Shown here: piece by piece, positions 19,056-28,493 of the stretch
Position numbering within the stretch: position 1 is the first letter of the stretch
How the letters are laid out: the number at the start of each line of letters is the position of its first letter
From: Oscillospiraceae bacterium
GTDB taxonomy: Bacteria > Bacillota > Clostridia > Oscillospirales > Oscillospiraceae
DNA length: 64,000 nt
Assembly (NCBI GenBank): GCA_017397835.1
Contig: JAFQHV010000007.1
Coordinates: forward strand, 9,962 to 73,961
Direction: 5' to 3'
Notes under the pieces: generated by a model
Seen by the model: only the letters and a program-made list of their open reading frames with translations
The model's database searches: none
What the model was told of the DNA's origin: nothing
Made by a program: the position numbers and the translations under genes

Positions 19056-19639
19056 CGGGCCCGATCATTACGCTGTGCGTGCTGATCCTGCTGGTCGTTG
19101 TGCTGCTGCTGCGGGTCGGTGTGCGGGTTGAGTATGGCCGCCCAGCGCTTTCGGTGTGTATTCTCGTTGGGCCGGGATATATTCCCGTCCTTCCTGCGCG
19201 GAAAAAGAAGAACGAAACCAAGCGCAGTTCCTCAAAAAAAGCGAAAGAAAAACCCGTGTCCAAGCGAAATACGTTGGAACTGCTGCGGGAGTTTTTACCG
19301 CTCGTTCTGCGCACGGTGAAGCGCCTGTTCGGCAAACTGCAGGTAGACAAGCTGGATCTGGTGCTGACGGCCGGAGCGAAGGATCCCGGCGATGTGGCGC
19401 TGCAGTACGGAAGAGCCAACGCGATCTTAGGTGCTCTGTGGCAGCCGATCGTGGCTGCCTGTCACGTAGTGGACGGACGCGCAAGGGTAGAGGTTGATTT
19501 TGATGCCGAAAAACCGGAAATCTATCTGTTGGCCGGACTGACCCTGAGGATCGGACAGATACTGGCATTGGCAGTGGTTTTTGCGGTGCAGGCGATCGTG
19601 ATCTTGCTGCGCAGAAACAAAAAGGTAACAACCAATTAA
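19052..19639 (+). CDS. ytfI: DUF2953 domain protein (YtfI-like sporulation membrane protein)
   Basis: 195 aa with an N-terminal TM helix. ATGA overlap with scpB. It sits directly upstream of ytfJ, as in the Bacillus ytfI-ytfJ pair. Confidence 0.6.
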   Translation: MTGPIITLCVLILLVVVLLLRVGVRVEYGRPALSVCILVGPGYIPVLPARKKKNETKRSSSKKAKEKPVSKRNTLELLREFLPLVLRTVKRLFGKLQVDKLDLVLTAGAKDPGDVALQYGRANAILGALWQPIVAACHVVDGRARVEVDFDAEKPEIYLLAGLTLRIGQILALAVVFAVQAIVILLRRNKKVTTN

Positions 19640-19655
19640 GAAAGGCGGTTTTGTT

Positions 19656-20063
19656 ATGAGCCATCCTATTAATGAGTTGATGAGTACGACCATGGAGAAA
19701 ATTCGTACCATGGTGGATTCCAATACCATCATCGGTGCACCGATTCAGGCCGATGGGGTTACGCTGATCCCGGTTTCCAAGCTGTCTTTCGGTTTTGCCA
19801 GCGGCGGAAGCGATTTTACCACCAAGAACCAGAAGCCTGCGGCAGCCAATCCGTTTGGCGGCGGCAGCGGTGCCAGCGCCAAGCTGGAGCCTGTCGCTTT
19901 CCTGATCGTGAAGGGGGACAGTGTAAAACTGCTGTCGGTGGCACCGCCGCCTGCAACGACGGTGGATCGTGTTGTGGAAATGGTACCGGATGTCGTGGAC
20001 AAGGTCACCGGTTTTATTGAAAAGCAGCAGGAGAAAAAGGCTGCGGAAAAAGCCGGAGAATAA
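19656..20063 (+). CDS. ytfJ: Sporulation protein YtfJ (GerW family)
   Basis: 135 aa. 'IIGAPIQADGVTLIPVSKLSFGFASGGSDF' is the characteristic YtfJ/GerW core. Confidence 0.85.
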   Translation: MSHPINELMSTTMEKIRTMVDSNTIIGAPIQADGVTLIPVSKLSFGFASGGSDFTTKNQKPAAANPFGGGSGASAKLEPVAFLIVKGDSVKLLSVAPPPATTVDRVVEMVPDVVDKVTGFIEKQQEKKAAEKAGE

Positions 20064-20133
20064 GACCGGTTTCGCGGATAATCCCCCTGCAAAATACTTA
20101 TAATAGTGTCACTGATTTTTTAAGGTGATGCTG

Positions 20134-21231
20134 ATGAAATGTTGCGCGCGGGGATGTGTATGTGCGGTACTATGTTTGGTGCTGTGTGTTCCATGTACGG
20201 CGCTGGATGTGTCCGCATCCAGCGCTGTTTTGCTGGATGCGGCTTCCGGGCGGGTCCTGTGGGAGCATAATGCACACGAGAAACGGTATATTGCCAGTAT
20301 TACGAAGCTCATGACGGCTTTGGTGGCCGTAGAATCGGGGCACAAACTGGAAGAAACCGTGGATATCAAGCGGGAATACACCGGAGCAGAAGGGTCCTCC
20401 ATGTACTTGAGGCCGGGAGAGCAGCTGAGTCTGGAGGCCTTGATGTATGGACTTTTGCTGGCATCCGGAAACGATGCGGCGCTGGCGGTCGCAGGCTACT
20501 GTGCGGGCTCGGTGGAAACGTTTGTAGCACAAATGAACCGGAAAGCCGCCCGCTTGGGAATGACGAACACTCATTTTTTGAATCCGAACGGCCTGACACA
20601 GGAAGGGCACGTATCTACGGCGTACGACATGGCGGTACTGGCTGCGGCCTGTATGCGCGAGGAGTCAATAGCCAAAATCGTCGCCACCCGCTCCATCACC
20701 ATTGGTGGCCGCACCTTTACAAACCATAATAAACTGCTATGGCGGTATGATGGCTGTGTTGGTATGAAGACCGGATACACGGAGCGGGCGGGTCGGACCC
20801 TGATTTCCTGCGCGCGCAGGGATGGGCGGCTGCTGGTGGCGGTGACCCTGAACGCGCCGGACGACTGGCAGGATCACACCCGGATGCTGGACTATGGGTT
20901 TTCGGCCTATACCGATACCGAACTTTCCAAACGCGGAACGGTTCGGGCAAAACAGCCGGTTTTGGGCAGCCTGTTATCCTTTGTCAGCGTGGAGGAACTG
21001 GATACCCTTCACTATCCCTTGAAACAGGGAGAAACGGTGAGAAGTGAAGTGTCTTTGGTCCGCTGGACACAGGCTCCGGTAATAAAAGGGCAGACAGCAG
21101 GCACGATAACGTATTATCTGAACGGTGACGTGATCGGTGTGTGCCAATTGGTTTACGGAAATCCTGTGCCGCTGAACGTCGTGTCGGAGCGAAACCTGCT
21201 TGAAAACATACAAAAGATGTTTGGATTTTAG
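20134..21231 (+). CDS. D-alanyl-D-alanine carboxypeptidase (serine-type, peptidase S11)
   Basis: Contains SxxK 'SITKLMT', SxN 'SGND' and KTG 'MKTGYT', with a Cys-rich signal peptide. ATG 20134 is best spaced from the AAGGTG SD; alternative starts are 20125 and 20128. Confidence 0.88.
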   Translation: MKCCARGCVCAVLCLVLCVPCTALDVSASSAVLLDAASGRVLWEHNAHEKRYIASITKLMTALVAVESGHKLEETVDIKREYTGAEGSSMYLRPGEQLSLEALMYGLLLASGNDAALAVAGYCAGSVETFVAQMNRKAARLGMTNTHFLNPNGLTQEGHVSTAYDMAVLAAACMREESIAKIVATRSITIGGRTFTNHNKLLWRYDGCVGMKTGYTERAGRTLISCARRDGRLLVAVTLNAPDDWQDHTRMLDYGFSAYTDTELSKRGTVRAKQPVLGSLLSFVSVEELDTLHYPLKQGETVRSEVSLVRWTQAPVIKGQTAGTITYYLNGDVIGVCQLVYGNPVPLNVVSERNLLENIQKMFGF

Positions 21232-21248
21232 AAGAAAGGCGGTGCGGT

Positions 21249-21980
21249 ATGGAAGAACGGCTTCAAAAGCTGCTGTCGCAGTGCGGTGTCGGCTCCCGCC
21301 GCGCCATGGAGGAGTGGATCACCGCCGGGCGTGTTACGGTCAACGGAACGGTGTCGCATTTGGGGGACCGGGCGGACCTTGACCGTGACGAAGTCTGCGT
21401 GGACGGTGTGCCCATCCGTCCGGAAGGGCAGCGACTCTATCTTATGCTCAATAAGCCGCGCGGTTACGTGTCGACCCTGTCCGATGAGCGGGGAAGAAAG
21501 ACCGTTGCCCAGCTGGTGGACGGCTGCGGGCGGCGTGTGTGGCCCGTTGGGCGGCTTGATCAGGATTCCGAGGGCTTACTTTTGATGACGGATGACGGAG
21601 AACTTACCCAGCACCTGATCCACCCGAGCCATGAAGTGGATAAAGAATACCTCGTTTGGGTCATGGGTGATGTAAAGAAAGGCTTGCCTGTTTTGGCAGC
21701 TCCCATGGAGTTGGATGGACAACTTCTGTCCCCGACGCAGGTGCGGCAGGGAAAGACCAGCGGTGGTGTGACCCAGTTGTCCGTTACCATCCACCAGGGG
21801 AAAAACAGACAGGTGCGCCGTATGTGCGCCAAGGCAGGACTTACCGTGCTGAGATTGAAACGAATCCGGGAGGGATCGGTTGATCTGGACCGGGCGCTCC
21901 AACCGGGACAGTGGCGTGAGCTGACCCGGGAAGAGATTGCAAAATTGAAAGAAGAGAGCGGCGGTTTTTGCAAGAAATGA
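21249..21980 (+). CDS. rluB: Pseudouridine synthase (RluB/RsuA family)
   Basis: 243 aa with S4 domain 'RLQKLLSQCGVGSRR' and catalytic 'GRLDQDSEGLLL'. Confidence 0.9.
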   Translation: MEERLQKLLSQCGVGSRRAMEEWITAGRVTVNGTVSHLGDRADLDRDEVCVDGVPIRPEGQRLYLMLNKPRGYVSTLSDERGRKTVAQLVDGCGRRVWPVGRLDQDSEGLLLMTDDGELTQHLIHPSHEVDKEYLVWVMGDVKKGLPVLAAPMELDGQLLSPTQVRQGKTSGGVTQLSVTIHQGKNRQVRRMCAKAGLTVLRLKRIREGSVDLDRALQPGQWRELTREEIAKLKEESGGFCKK

Positions 21981-22011
21981 TGGAAATCTTGCAAAACCGC
22001 TTGCTTTTTTT
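21961..22011 (+). terminator. Intrinsic terminator overlapping the rluB 3' end
   Basis: GCGGTTTTTGCAAGA-N11-TCTTGCAAAACCGC followed by a T-rich tract (TTGCTTTTTTT). Confidence 0.7.
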
Positions 22012-22074
22012 GCCCGGAAACGATATGATAATCGAAGTATGTAATTTGCCTGTGGGCGAACAGAGGTGTGATCA

Positions 22075-22938
22075 ATGAGCGGAGATATTCTTACCCTGAT
22101 TCAGGAAAATATGGCAACGTTTTCAAAGGGGCAAAAGCGCATAGCCGCGTTTATCCTTACTTCTTATGATAAGGCTGCGTTTATGACGGCCAGCAAGCTG
22201 GGGCAGACCGCCGACGTCAGCGAGTCCACGGTGGTGCGCTTTGCGGCCGAGCTGGGTTACGACGGTTATCCTGAAATGCAAAAGGCCCTGCAGAAGATGA
22301 TCCGAAATCGACTGACCAGTGTGCAGCGCATTGAGATGGCCAATGACCAGATCGGTCAGGAGGGGGTGGTGGCATCCGTTCTGCGGGCGGATATTGCCCG
22401 AATCCGCACCACGCTGGAGGAATTGGATCAAGCCAGTTTTGATCGTGCGGTGGATGCCATTCTCAACGCAAAGAAAATCTATATTTTGGGTGTGCGGTCC
22501 TCTTCGGCGATTTCCAGATTTCTCGCGTTTTATTTTAATCTGGTCTTTGATAACGTGCAGGAAATTGATGCCAACACCATCAGCGAAGTGTTTGAACAGG
22601 TCCTGCGGGTTGGGAAGGGTGATGTGGTCATCGGGGTCAGCTTTCCGCGCTACTCCAGCCGCACCGTGAAGGCTATGCAGTACGCGCAGGATCGCGGGGC
22701 AACGGTGGTGGCCATTACCGACAGCGAGAACTCTCCCGTAGCAGACCATGCGGATATTGTCCTGACGGCCAAGAGCGATATGGCATCCTTCGTCGACTCG
22801 TTGGTTGCACCGCTCAGCCTTGTGAATGCTTTGATCGTGTCCGTCAGCCAGAAACGAAGCCAGGAGGTGGCCAATACCTTCCGGCAGCTGGAGCAGATTT
22901 GGGAAGAGTACGACGTATACGAGAAAATTGAGGAATGA
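22075..22938 (+). CDS. MurR/RpiR family transcriptional regulator
   Basis: 287 aa with an N-terminal HTH_6-type region ('SKLGQTADVSESTVVRFA..LGY.GY') and a C-terminal SIS domain. Confidence 0.85.
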   Translation: MSGDILTLIQENMATFSKGQKRIAAFILTSYDKAAFMTASKLGQTADVSESTVVRFAAELGYDGYPEMQKALQKMIRNRLTSVQRIEMANDQIGQEGVVASVLRADIARIRTTLEELDQASFDRAVDAILNAKKIYILGVRSSSAISRFLAFYFNLVFDNVQEIDANTISEVFEQVLRVGKGDVVIGVSFPRYSSRTVKAMQYAQDRGATVVAITDSENSPVADHADIVLTAKSDMASFVDSLVAPLSLVNALIVSVSQKRSQEVANTFRQLEQIWEEYDVYEKIEE

Positions 22939-22992
22939 CACAGGTGGACACGCTCCGGGTGAGGGTTTCGAAGTGTCTTAGGAGAACGGTAC

Positions 22993-24237
22993 ATGAGCCA
23001 AAACAGAGTGATCGTAATTGGTGCCGGCGCGGCCGGTATGCTGGCGGCGAGAAGTGCGGCCCTTGCCGGCGCGCAGGTAACACTGCTGGAGCGAAATGAA
23101 AAAGTTGGCCGGAAACTGTATATTACAGGTAAGGGCCGCTGCAACATTACAAACGCCTGCCCGGTCAATGAGGTGCTTGCGAATATCCCGGGCAACGGAC
23201 GCTTTGTTACGGGGGCAATGCACCGCGTTACCCCCGCCGCTGTAATGGAGCTGTTTGAACAACTGGGTGTTGCCTTAAAAGTGGAGCGGGGCAACCGTGT
23301 TTTTCCGGTTTCCGATCGGGCTGCAGACGTAATCGACGCACTGCTGCGCGAACTGCGACGGCTGCGAGTAAACGTTATACAGGACCGTGTTACCGACATC
23401 CTTACCGAGCAGGGGAGCGTGATCGGCGTCACAGGGGAGCGGGGTACGTATTCCTGTAATGCCGTTGTGCTGGCTACGGGAGGGGCCTCCTATCCCGGGA
23501 CCGGCTCCACCGGTGACGGCTACGTTATGGCGGAAAAGCTTGGGCATACGATCGTCACGCCGAGAGCTTCGCTTGTACCGATGGAAACAGAAGAAACATT
23601 CTGCGGTGCGATGCAGGGACTTTCGTTGAAAAACGTTACGCTCAAGGTAAAAAACAGTAAAAAGAAAGTCGTCTTTCAGGAACAGGGCGAAATGCTGTTT
23701 ACACATTTCGGAATTTCCGGTCCGTTGGTGCTTAGCGCAAGCGCCTGTATGCGCGAGTGGGAAAACGAAACATATACCGCTGTGATCGACCTGAAGCCTG
23801 CACTGGACGAGCAGAAACTGGACGCCAGACTGGTGCGTGAGCTGGCGGAGCGGTCCAATCAGGATTTTCAAAATATTTTGGGCGCCCTTGTGCCGAGGCT
23901 GATGGTGCCTGTTATCGTTGAACTGACCCAGATCCCGCCCCATACGAAGGGACACGAGATCGCAAAGGGGCAGCGGCGAAGATTGCTGGAAACGCTGAAA
24001 GGGATGACGGTTCATATTGCCGGACCCAGACCCCTTTCCGAAGCGATCGTGACGGCCGGCGGCATTAAGGTCAGTGAAATTGACCCCAAAACTATGGCAT
24101 CCCGCAAGGTACAGGGCCTGTTTCTTGCCGGCGAGGTCATGGATGTGGATGCCTATACCGGCGGCTTTAATCTGCAGATCGCGTGGGCCACGGGTATGGT
24201 CGCAGGCGAGAGTGCGGGCAATTATTGTAAAGTGTAA
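22993..24237 (+). CDS. NAD(P)/FAD-dependent oxidoreductase (HI0933/BaiN-like flavoprotein)
   Basis: 414 aa with 'VIVIGAGAAGMLAA' dinucleotide fold and 'ITGKGRCN'. It holds the typical position upstream of cmk. Confidence 0.85.
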   Translation: MSQNRVIVIGAGAAGMLAARSAALAGAQVTLLERNEKVGRKLYITGKGRCNITNACPVNEVLANIPGNGRFVTGAMHRVTPAAVMELFEQLGVALKVERGNRVFPVSDRAADVIDALLRELRRLRVNVIQDRVTDILTEQGSVIGVTGERGTYSCNAVVLATGGASYPGTGSTGDGYVMAEKLGHTIVTPRASLVPMETEETFCGAMQGLSLKNVTLKVKNSKKKVVFQEQGEMLFTHFGISGPLVLSASACMREWENETYTAVIDLKPALDEQKLDARLVRELAERSNQDFQNILGALVPRLMVPVIVELTQIPPHTKGHEIAKGQRRRLLETLKGMTVHIAGPRPLSEAIVTAGGIKVSEIDPKTMASRKVQGLFLAGEVMDVDAYTGGFNLQIAWATGMVAGESAGNYCKV

Positions 24238-24261
24238 TCCCTTGTCAAGGAGGAGTCGAAA

Positions 24262-24942
24262 ATGAAGCATATCAGCGTTGCGATCGATGGGCCGTCCGGT
24301 GCCGGGAAAAGTACCCTGGCCCGACAGGCGGCAGCCCAGATGGGGTATCTTTATGTAGATACCGGGGCTATTTACCGAACAGTTGCTCTGGGGGCTTTGC
24401 GCCGGGGCGTTGAGCCGTCCGATGCGGTGGCCGTGGAGCCGGTTTTGAGTGAAATGGAGATCCGCTTGGCCTATAATCCCGATGACGGACTGCAGCATAT
24501 GTATCTGGATGGGGAAGACGTTTCCGAACAGATCCGTCTGCACGAGATTTCCCAGCATGCGTCCAAGATCTCGGCCATCCCCAAGGTGCGTGAATTTTTG
24601 CTGGAGCTGCAGCGCGATTTAGCACGGAACAATGACGTGGTCATGGACGGGCGGGACATCGGAACGGTGGTTCTGCCTGATGCTCAGGTCAAGATTTTTC
24701 TGACGGCCTCTGCCGAGGCACGGGCAAAGCGCCGCTTTTTGGAGCTGCAGCAGCGTGGGCAGCAAGCGAAGTTTGACACAGTTTTGCGGGATATCATCAT
24801 TCGGGACGAGCAGGACAGCAATCGTCCCATAGCGCCTCTGCGTCAGGCGGAAGACGCTGTTTTGATCGATACCACCGATTTGAGTTTGGAGCAGAGCTTG
24901 CAGGCGATCCTTGCTGTCATTCGTGAGGGGAAACGGGTATGA
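24262..24942 (+). CDS. cmk: Cytidylate kinase
   Basis: 226 aa with 'IAIDGPSGAGKST' and 'YVDTGAIYR'. Confidence 0.95.
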   Translation: MKHISVAIDGPSGAGKSTLARQAAAQMGYLYVDTGAIYRTVALGALRRGVEPSDAVAVEPVLSEMEIRLAYNPDDGLQHMYLDGEDVSEQIRLHEISQHASKISAIPKVREFLLELQRDLARNNDVVMDGRDIGTVVLPDAQVKIFLTASAEARAKRRFLELQQRGQQAKFDTVLRDIIIRDEQDSNRPIAPLRQAEDAVLIDTTDLSLEQSLQAILAVIREGKRV

Positions 24943-25532
24943 GAGAGGATAGCCTTTACAGAGTTCTGTACGTGCTGCTTTGGCCGGTATTTCATCTGTT
25001 GTACCCCATCAAGGTTACCGGGCGGGAAAACATTCCGGACGGTGCAGCCGTGATTTGTCCGAATCATACCCACGCGCTTGACCCGTTTTTCGTTGTCTAC
25101 GCATTCCGGCGCAAACACATCCTGCGGGCCATGGCGAAAGCGGAACTGATGCGTGTTCCCCTACTGGGATGGCTGCTGCGAAAAGTGGGCGTGTTTGGCG
25201 TAGAGCGTGGTTCTGCTGATATTGCTGCGGTCAAGACTTCTCTGCGTTACCTGAAGGAGGGACGGAAACTACTGATGTTTCCGGAAGGGACCCGCGTTGG
25301 CGCAGGGGAGAGCGTGGAAGCGAAGACCGGGGCGGCTATGTTTTCTACCCGCGCCGGAGTGCCTATCGTCCCTGTCTATGTGGAAGCGCACAAGCGACTG
25401 TTTCGTCCCAACCGCGTGGCAATCGGACAGCCCTTTTTACCGCAGACTGCCGGCAGAAAGGGGACGGCGGAGGAGTATCGTGCCATCGCCGATGATATGA
25501 TGGCCCGCATCCGCCGTTTGGAGGAGGAGTGA
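24939..25532 (+). CDS. plsC: 1-acyl-sn-glycerol-3-phosphate acyltransferase
   Basis: 197 aa with HxxxxD 'NHTHALDP' and 'FPEGTR'. ATGA overlap with cmk. Confidence 0.88.
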   Translation: MREDSLYRVLYVLLWPVFHLLYPIKVTGRENIPDGAAVICPNHTHALDPFFVVYAFRRKHILRAMAKAELMRVPLLGWLLRKVGVFGVERGSADIAAVKTSLRYLKEGRKLLMFPEGTRVGAGESVEAKTGAAMFSTRAGVPIVPVYVEAHKRLFRPNRVAIGQPFLPQTAGRKGTAEEYRAIADDMMARIRRLEEE

Positions 25533-25534
25533 GC

Positions 25535-27514
25535 ATGAATATCACGCTGGCGAAGTCTGCCGGGTTTTGTTATGGAGTACGCCGGGCTGTGGAACTTGCG
25601 GATCAGACGGCCGGTGAGGGCCGCCCCTGCGTTATGCTTGGCTCGATCATTCACAACAAGGACGTTGTGCGCCATTTTGCACAGCGCGGGATCGCCGTGG
25701 TTGAGGACGTGGAGCACGTGCCGAATGGCAGTGCGGTCATCATCCGTTCGCATGGCGAGGGGCGTGAGATCTATGAACGGCTGACGGAGAAGCAGGCCGT
25801 GATTTTAGATGCGACTTGTCCCAATGTAAAACACATTCACGATCTGGTCATCCGGGCCGAGGAGGATGGACGCACGGCAGTCATTATCGGAACGCCGGAC
25901 CACCCCGAAGTGCTTGCGATCGCGGGGTGGTGCAGACATCCTGTCATTTTTGAACATGCGGCTGCACTGATGGAATGGCTGGAACAGGAGCCGGAACGGC
26001 GCCATTTGCCCCTGACCTTTGTTTCCCAGACCACTTCCACAAAAAAGATTTGGTCTGAGTGCGTAGAAATTGCAAAAAAAGAGTGTACAAACACAAAAAT
26101 ATTTGATACAATATGCGGTGCAACATCGAAAAGACAGGAAGAGGCGCAGCGTCTTGCCGCGCAGAGCGATGCCATGGTGGTGATCGGGGACAGCAAAAGC
26201 TCCAACACCAAACGACTGGCGGAGTTGTGCAGACAGTTGTGTTCCAACGTACATCTGATCGAGCGAGCGGACGAGCTTGACACCGCAGCCTTTCGCGGTC
26301 TTTCCAATGTGGGCATCACTGCGGGCGCATCCACGCCCGAGTGGATAATAAAGGAGGTCTGTAACAAAATGAGCGAAGAAATCATGGAGATCGAAAAATC
26401 CTTTGCGGAGCTGCTGGAGGAGTCGATCAAAACTTTAAATACGGGGGATAAGGTTACCGGTACCGTCGTGGCTATCACGCCGACCGAGATCCAGGTTGAG
26501 CTGGGCATCAAGTATCCCGGCTACATCCCCGTTGATGAGTTTTCCGACGATCCTTCCGTCAAGATCGAGGAGCTGGTGAAGGTCGGCGACGAGATCGAGA
26601 CTTACGTTATCCTGGTCAGCGACCGTGACTGCATGGTCAAGCTGTCCAAGAAGCGCCTTGACATGGTTAAGGGTTGGGAAGAGGTCGAGGCCGCCGTGGA
26701 GAACAAGACCGTTATGGACGGTGTTGTTACCGAGGAGAACAAGGGCGGCATTGTGGTGTCCGTTAAGGGCGTGCGCGTGTTTGTTCCTGCATCCCAGACC
26801 GGCCTGCCCCGTGAAGCTGAGATGAGCCAGCTGCTCAAGCAGAAGGTTCGCCTGCGCATTACCGAGGTCAACCGTGCCCGCCGCCGCGTGGTTGGTTCCA
26901 TCCGCGCCGTGGCCGCCGAGGAGCGCGCCGCCATTGCCGCTAAGGTGTGGGAGGAGATCGAGGAAGGCAAGCGCTATACCGGCGTTGTCAAGTCCCTGAC
27001 CTCTTACGGTGCCTTTGTCGACATCGGTGGTGTGGACGGCATGGTTCACATTTCTGAGCTGTCCTGGAGCCGCATCAAGCATCCTTCCGAGGCGGTCAGC
27101 GTTGGTGAAAGCGTTGAGGTGTACGTCATTTCCGCCGACAAGGAGAAGAAGAAGATCTCTCTGGGCGTGAAGGACCATGCCGAGGATCCCTGGGCCAAGT
27201 TCACTTCCACCTACGAGGTTGGCAGTGTTGCCGAGGTCAAGGTTGTTAAGCTGATGGACTTTGGCGCCTTTGCCGAGATCGTCCCCGGCGTTGACGGCCT
27301 GATCCACATTTCCCAGATTGCGGATCACCGCATCGAGAAGCCCGGCGACGTGCTGGCTGAGGGCCAGACTGTCGAGGCTAAGATCACCGATATCGACATG
27401 GAGAAGAAGAAGGTTTCTCTGTCCATTCGTGCCCTGATCGAGGTCGTTGAGGAAGTGACCGAGGAGGCCGCCGAGGAAACCACCGAGGAAACCACCGAGG
27501 AGACCGAGGCTTAA
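25535..27514 (+). CDS. ispH: Bifunctional 4-hydroxy-3-methylbut-2-enyl diphosphate reductase / 30S ribosomal protein S1
   Basis: N-terminal IspH ('GFCYGVRRAV', 'HN', 'SSNT') is fused in frame to four S1 repeats, and the protein ends in an acidic TEE-repeat tail. ATG 25535 follows a GGAGGAGG SD. Confidence 0.92.
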   Translation: MNITLAKSAGFCYGVRRAVELADQTAGEGRPCVMLGSIIHNKDVVRHFAQRGIAVVEDVEHVPNGSAVIIRSHGEGREIYERLTEKQAVILDATCPNVKHIHDLVIRAEEDGRTAVIIGTPDHPEVLAIAGWCRHPVIFEHAAALMEWLEQEPERRHLPLTFVSQTTSTKKIWSECVEIAKKECTNTKIFDTICGATSKRQEEAQRLAAQSDAMVVIGDSKSSNTKRLAELCRQLCSNVHLIERADELDTAAFRGLSNVGITAGASTPEWIIKEVCNKMSEEIMEIEKSFAELLEESIKTLNTGDKVTGTVVAITPTEIQVELGIKYPGYIPVDEFSDDPSVKIEELVKVGDEIETYVILVSDRDCMVKLSKKRLDMVKGWEEVEAAVENKTVMDGVVTEENKGGIVVSVKGVRVFVPASQTGLPREAEMSQLLKQKVRLRITEVNRARRRVVGSIRAVAAEERAAIAAKVWEEIEEGKRYTGVVKSLTSYGAFVDIGGVDGMVHISELSWSRIKHPSEAVSVGESVEVYVISADKEKKKISLGVKDHAEDPWAKFTSTYEVGSVAEVKVVKLMDFGAFAEIVPGVDGLIHISQIADHRIEKPGDVLAEGQTVEAKITDIDMEKKKVSLSIRALIEVVEEVTEEAAEETTEETTEETEA

Positions 27515-27527
27515 TTCGATTACATGA

Positions 27528-27560
27528 AAACGGGTGCCGGAATTTCCGGCACCCGTTTCT
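27528..27560 (+). terminator. Intrinsic terminator after ispH-S1
   Basis: AAACGGGTGCCGG-AATTT-CCGGCACCCGTTT followed by CTTT. Confidence 0.8.
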
Positions 27561-27565
27561 TTATG

Positions 27566-27599
27566 AAAAAAGCATCCCTGCTCTGTGCGAGGGGATGCT
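27566..27599 (-). other. Second hairpin with terminator polarity on the minus strand
   Basis: AAAAA-AGCATCCC-N13-GGGATGCT. The U-tract would exist only on a minus-strand transcript, and no annotated minus-strand gene lies to the right. Confidence 0.35.
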
Positions 27600-27756
27600 T
27601 ATAAATGCAGTATGTTCGAGAACACAGCGGGTGGAGACGGTATGCGTAAAAAATATCGTAAAGTTTCACTTTCCCTCTATGCAAAAGCGGAATTTTATAT
27701 TAAAATAGGTATTAAGAATGTGCCGGCGTGGGTCGGCAGTGAAGGAGATGTTTGTT

Positions 27757-28473
27757 ATGGCCAAACCTCATTATAAGCGCGTTCTGCTGAAGATCAGCGG
27801 GGAAGCCCTTGCGGGTGACGCTTCCCGCGGCCTTGATTTCAACGTAATCGGTCAGGTCTGCGATGTCATCAAAGAGTGTGTTGACCTGGGTGTGCAGGTC
27901 GGTATTGTAGTCGGCGGCGGCAATTTCTGGCGCGGCCTGAAGGACGGCGGCGACCGCATGGTGCGTGTGCGTGCCGACCATATGGGCATGCTGGCTACCA
28001 GCATCAACGCCCTGGCCGTGGCCGACGTGCTGGAGCAGAAGGGGGTGGAGGTCCGCGTACAGACCGCCATCGAGATGAAGTCTGTGGCCGAGCCTTACAT
28101 CCGTCAGCGTGCCATCCGCCATTTGGAGAAGGGCCGTGTGGTCATCTTCGGCTGCGGTACCGGCAATCCCTTCTTCTCCACCGATACCGCTGCCGTACTG
28201 CGTGCGGCGGAGATCGACGCCGATGTGATCCTGCTGGCCAAAAATATCGACGGCGTGTACAGCGCTGATCCCAAGCTGGATCCCACTGCAGTCAAGTACG
28301 ACACCATCAGCTATGACGACGTGCTGGCCCAGCACCTGAAGGTGATGGATTCCACCGCCACGTCCCTGTCCATGGACAACAAGATCCCCGTGCTGCTGTT
28401 CGCCCTGAAGGACCCCCACAACATCTTGCGTGTGGTCATGGGTGAGAAGATCGGCACCGTGGTGGAAGCATAA
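27757..28473 (+). CDS. pyrH: UMP kinase
   Basis: ATG 27757 after a GAAGGAG SD. Contains '[13 protein letters not shown]' and '[10 protein letters not shown]'. Confidence 0.97.
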   Translation: MAKPHYKRVLLKISGEALAGDASRGLDFNVIGQVCDVIKECVDLGVQVGIVVGGGNFWRGLKDGGDRMVRVRADHMGMLATSINALAVADVLEQKGVEVRVQTAIEMKSVAEPYIRQRAIRHLEKGRVVIFGCGTGNPFFSTDTAAVLRAAEIDADVILLAKNIDGVYSADPKLDPTAVKYDTISYDDVLAQHLKVMDSTATSLSMDNKIPVLLFALKDPHNILRVVMGEKIGTVVEA

Positions 28474-28493
28474 CAAGAAAGGAACGATAAACG

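Noticed and set aside
27642-27776. 44-codon ORF (MRKKYRKVSLSLYAK...) with a GGAG 5 nt upstream, located in the pyrH upstream spacer.
   Set aside because: It overlaps the pyrH start out of frame. It has AT-rich, atypical codon usage and no recognisable features. It is probably a chance ORF.
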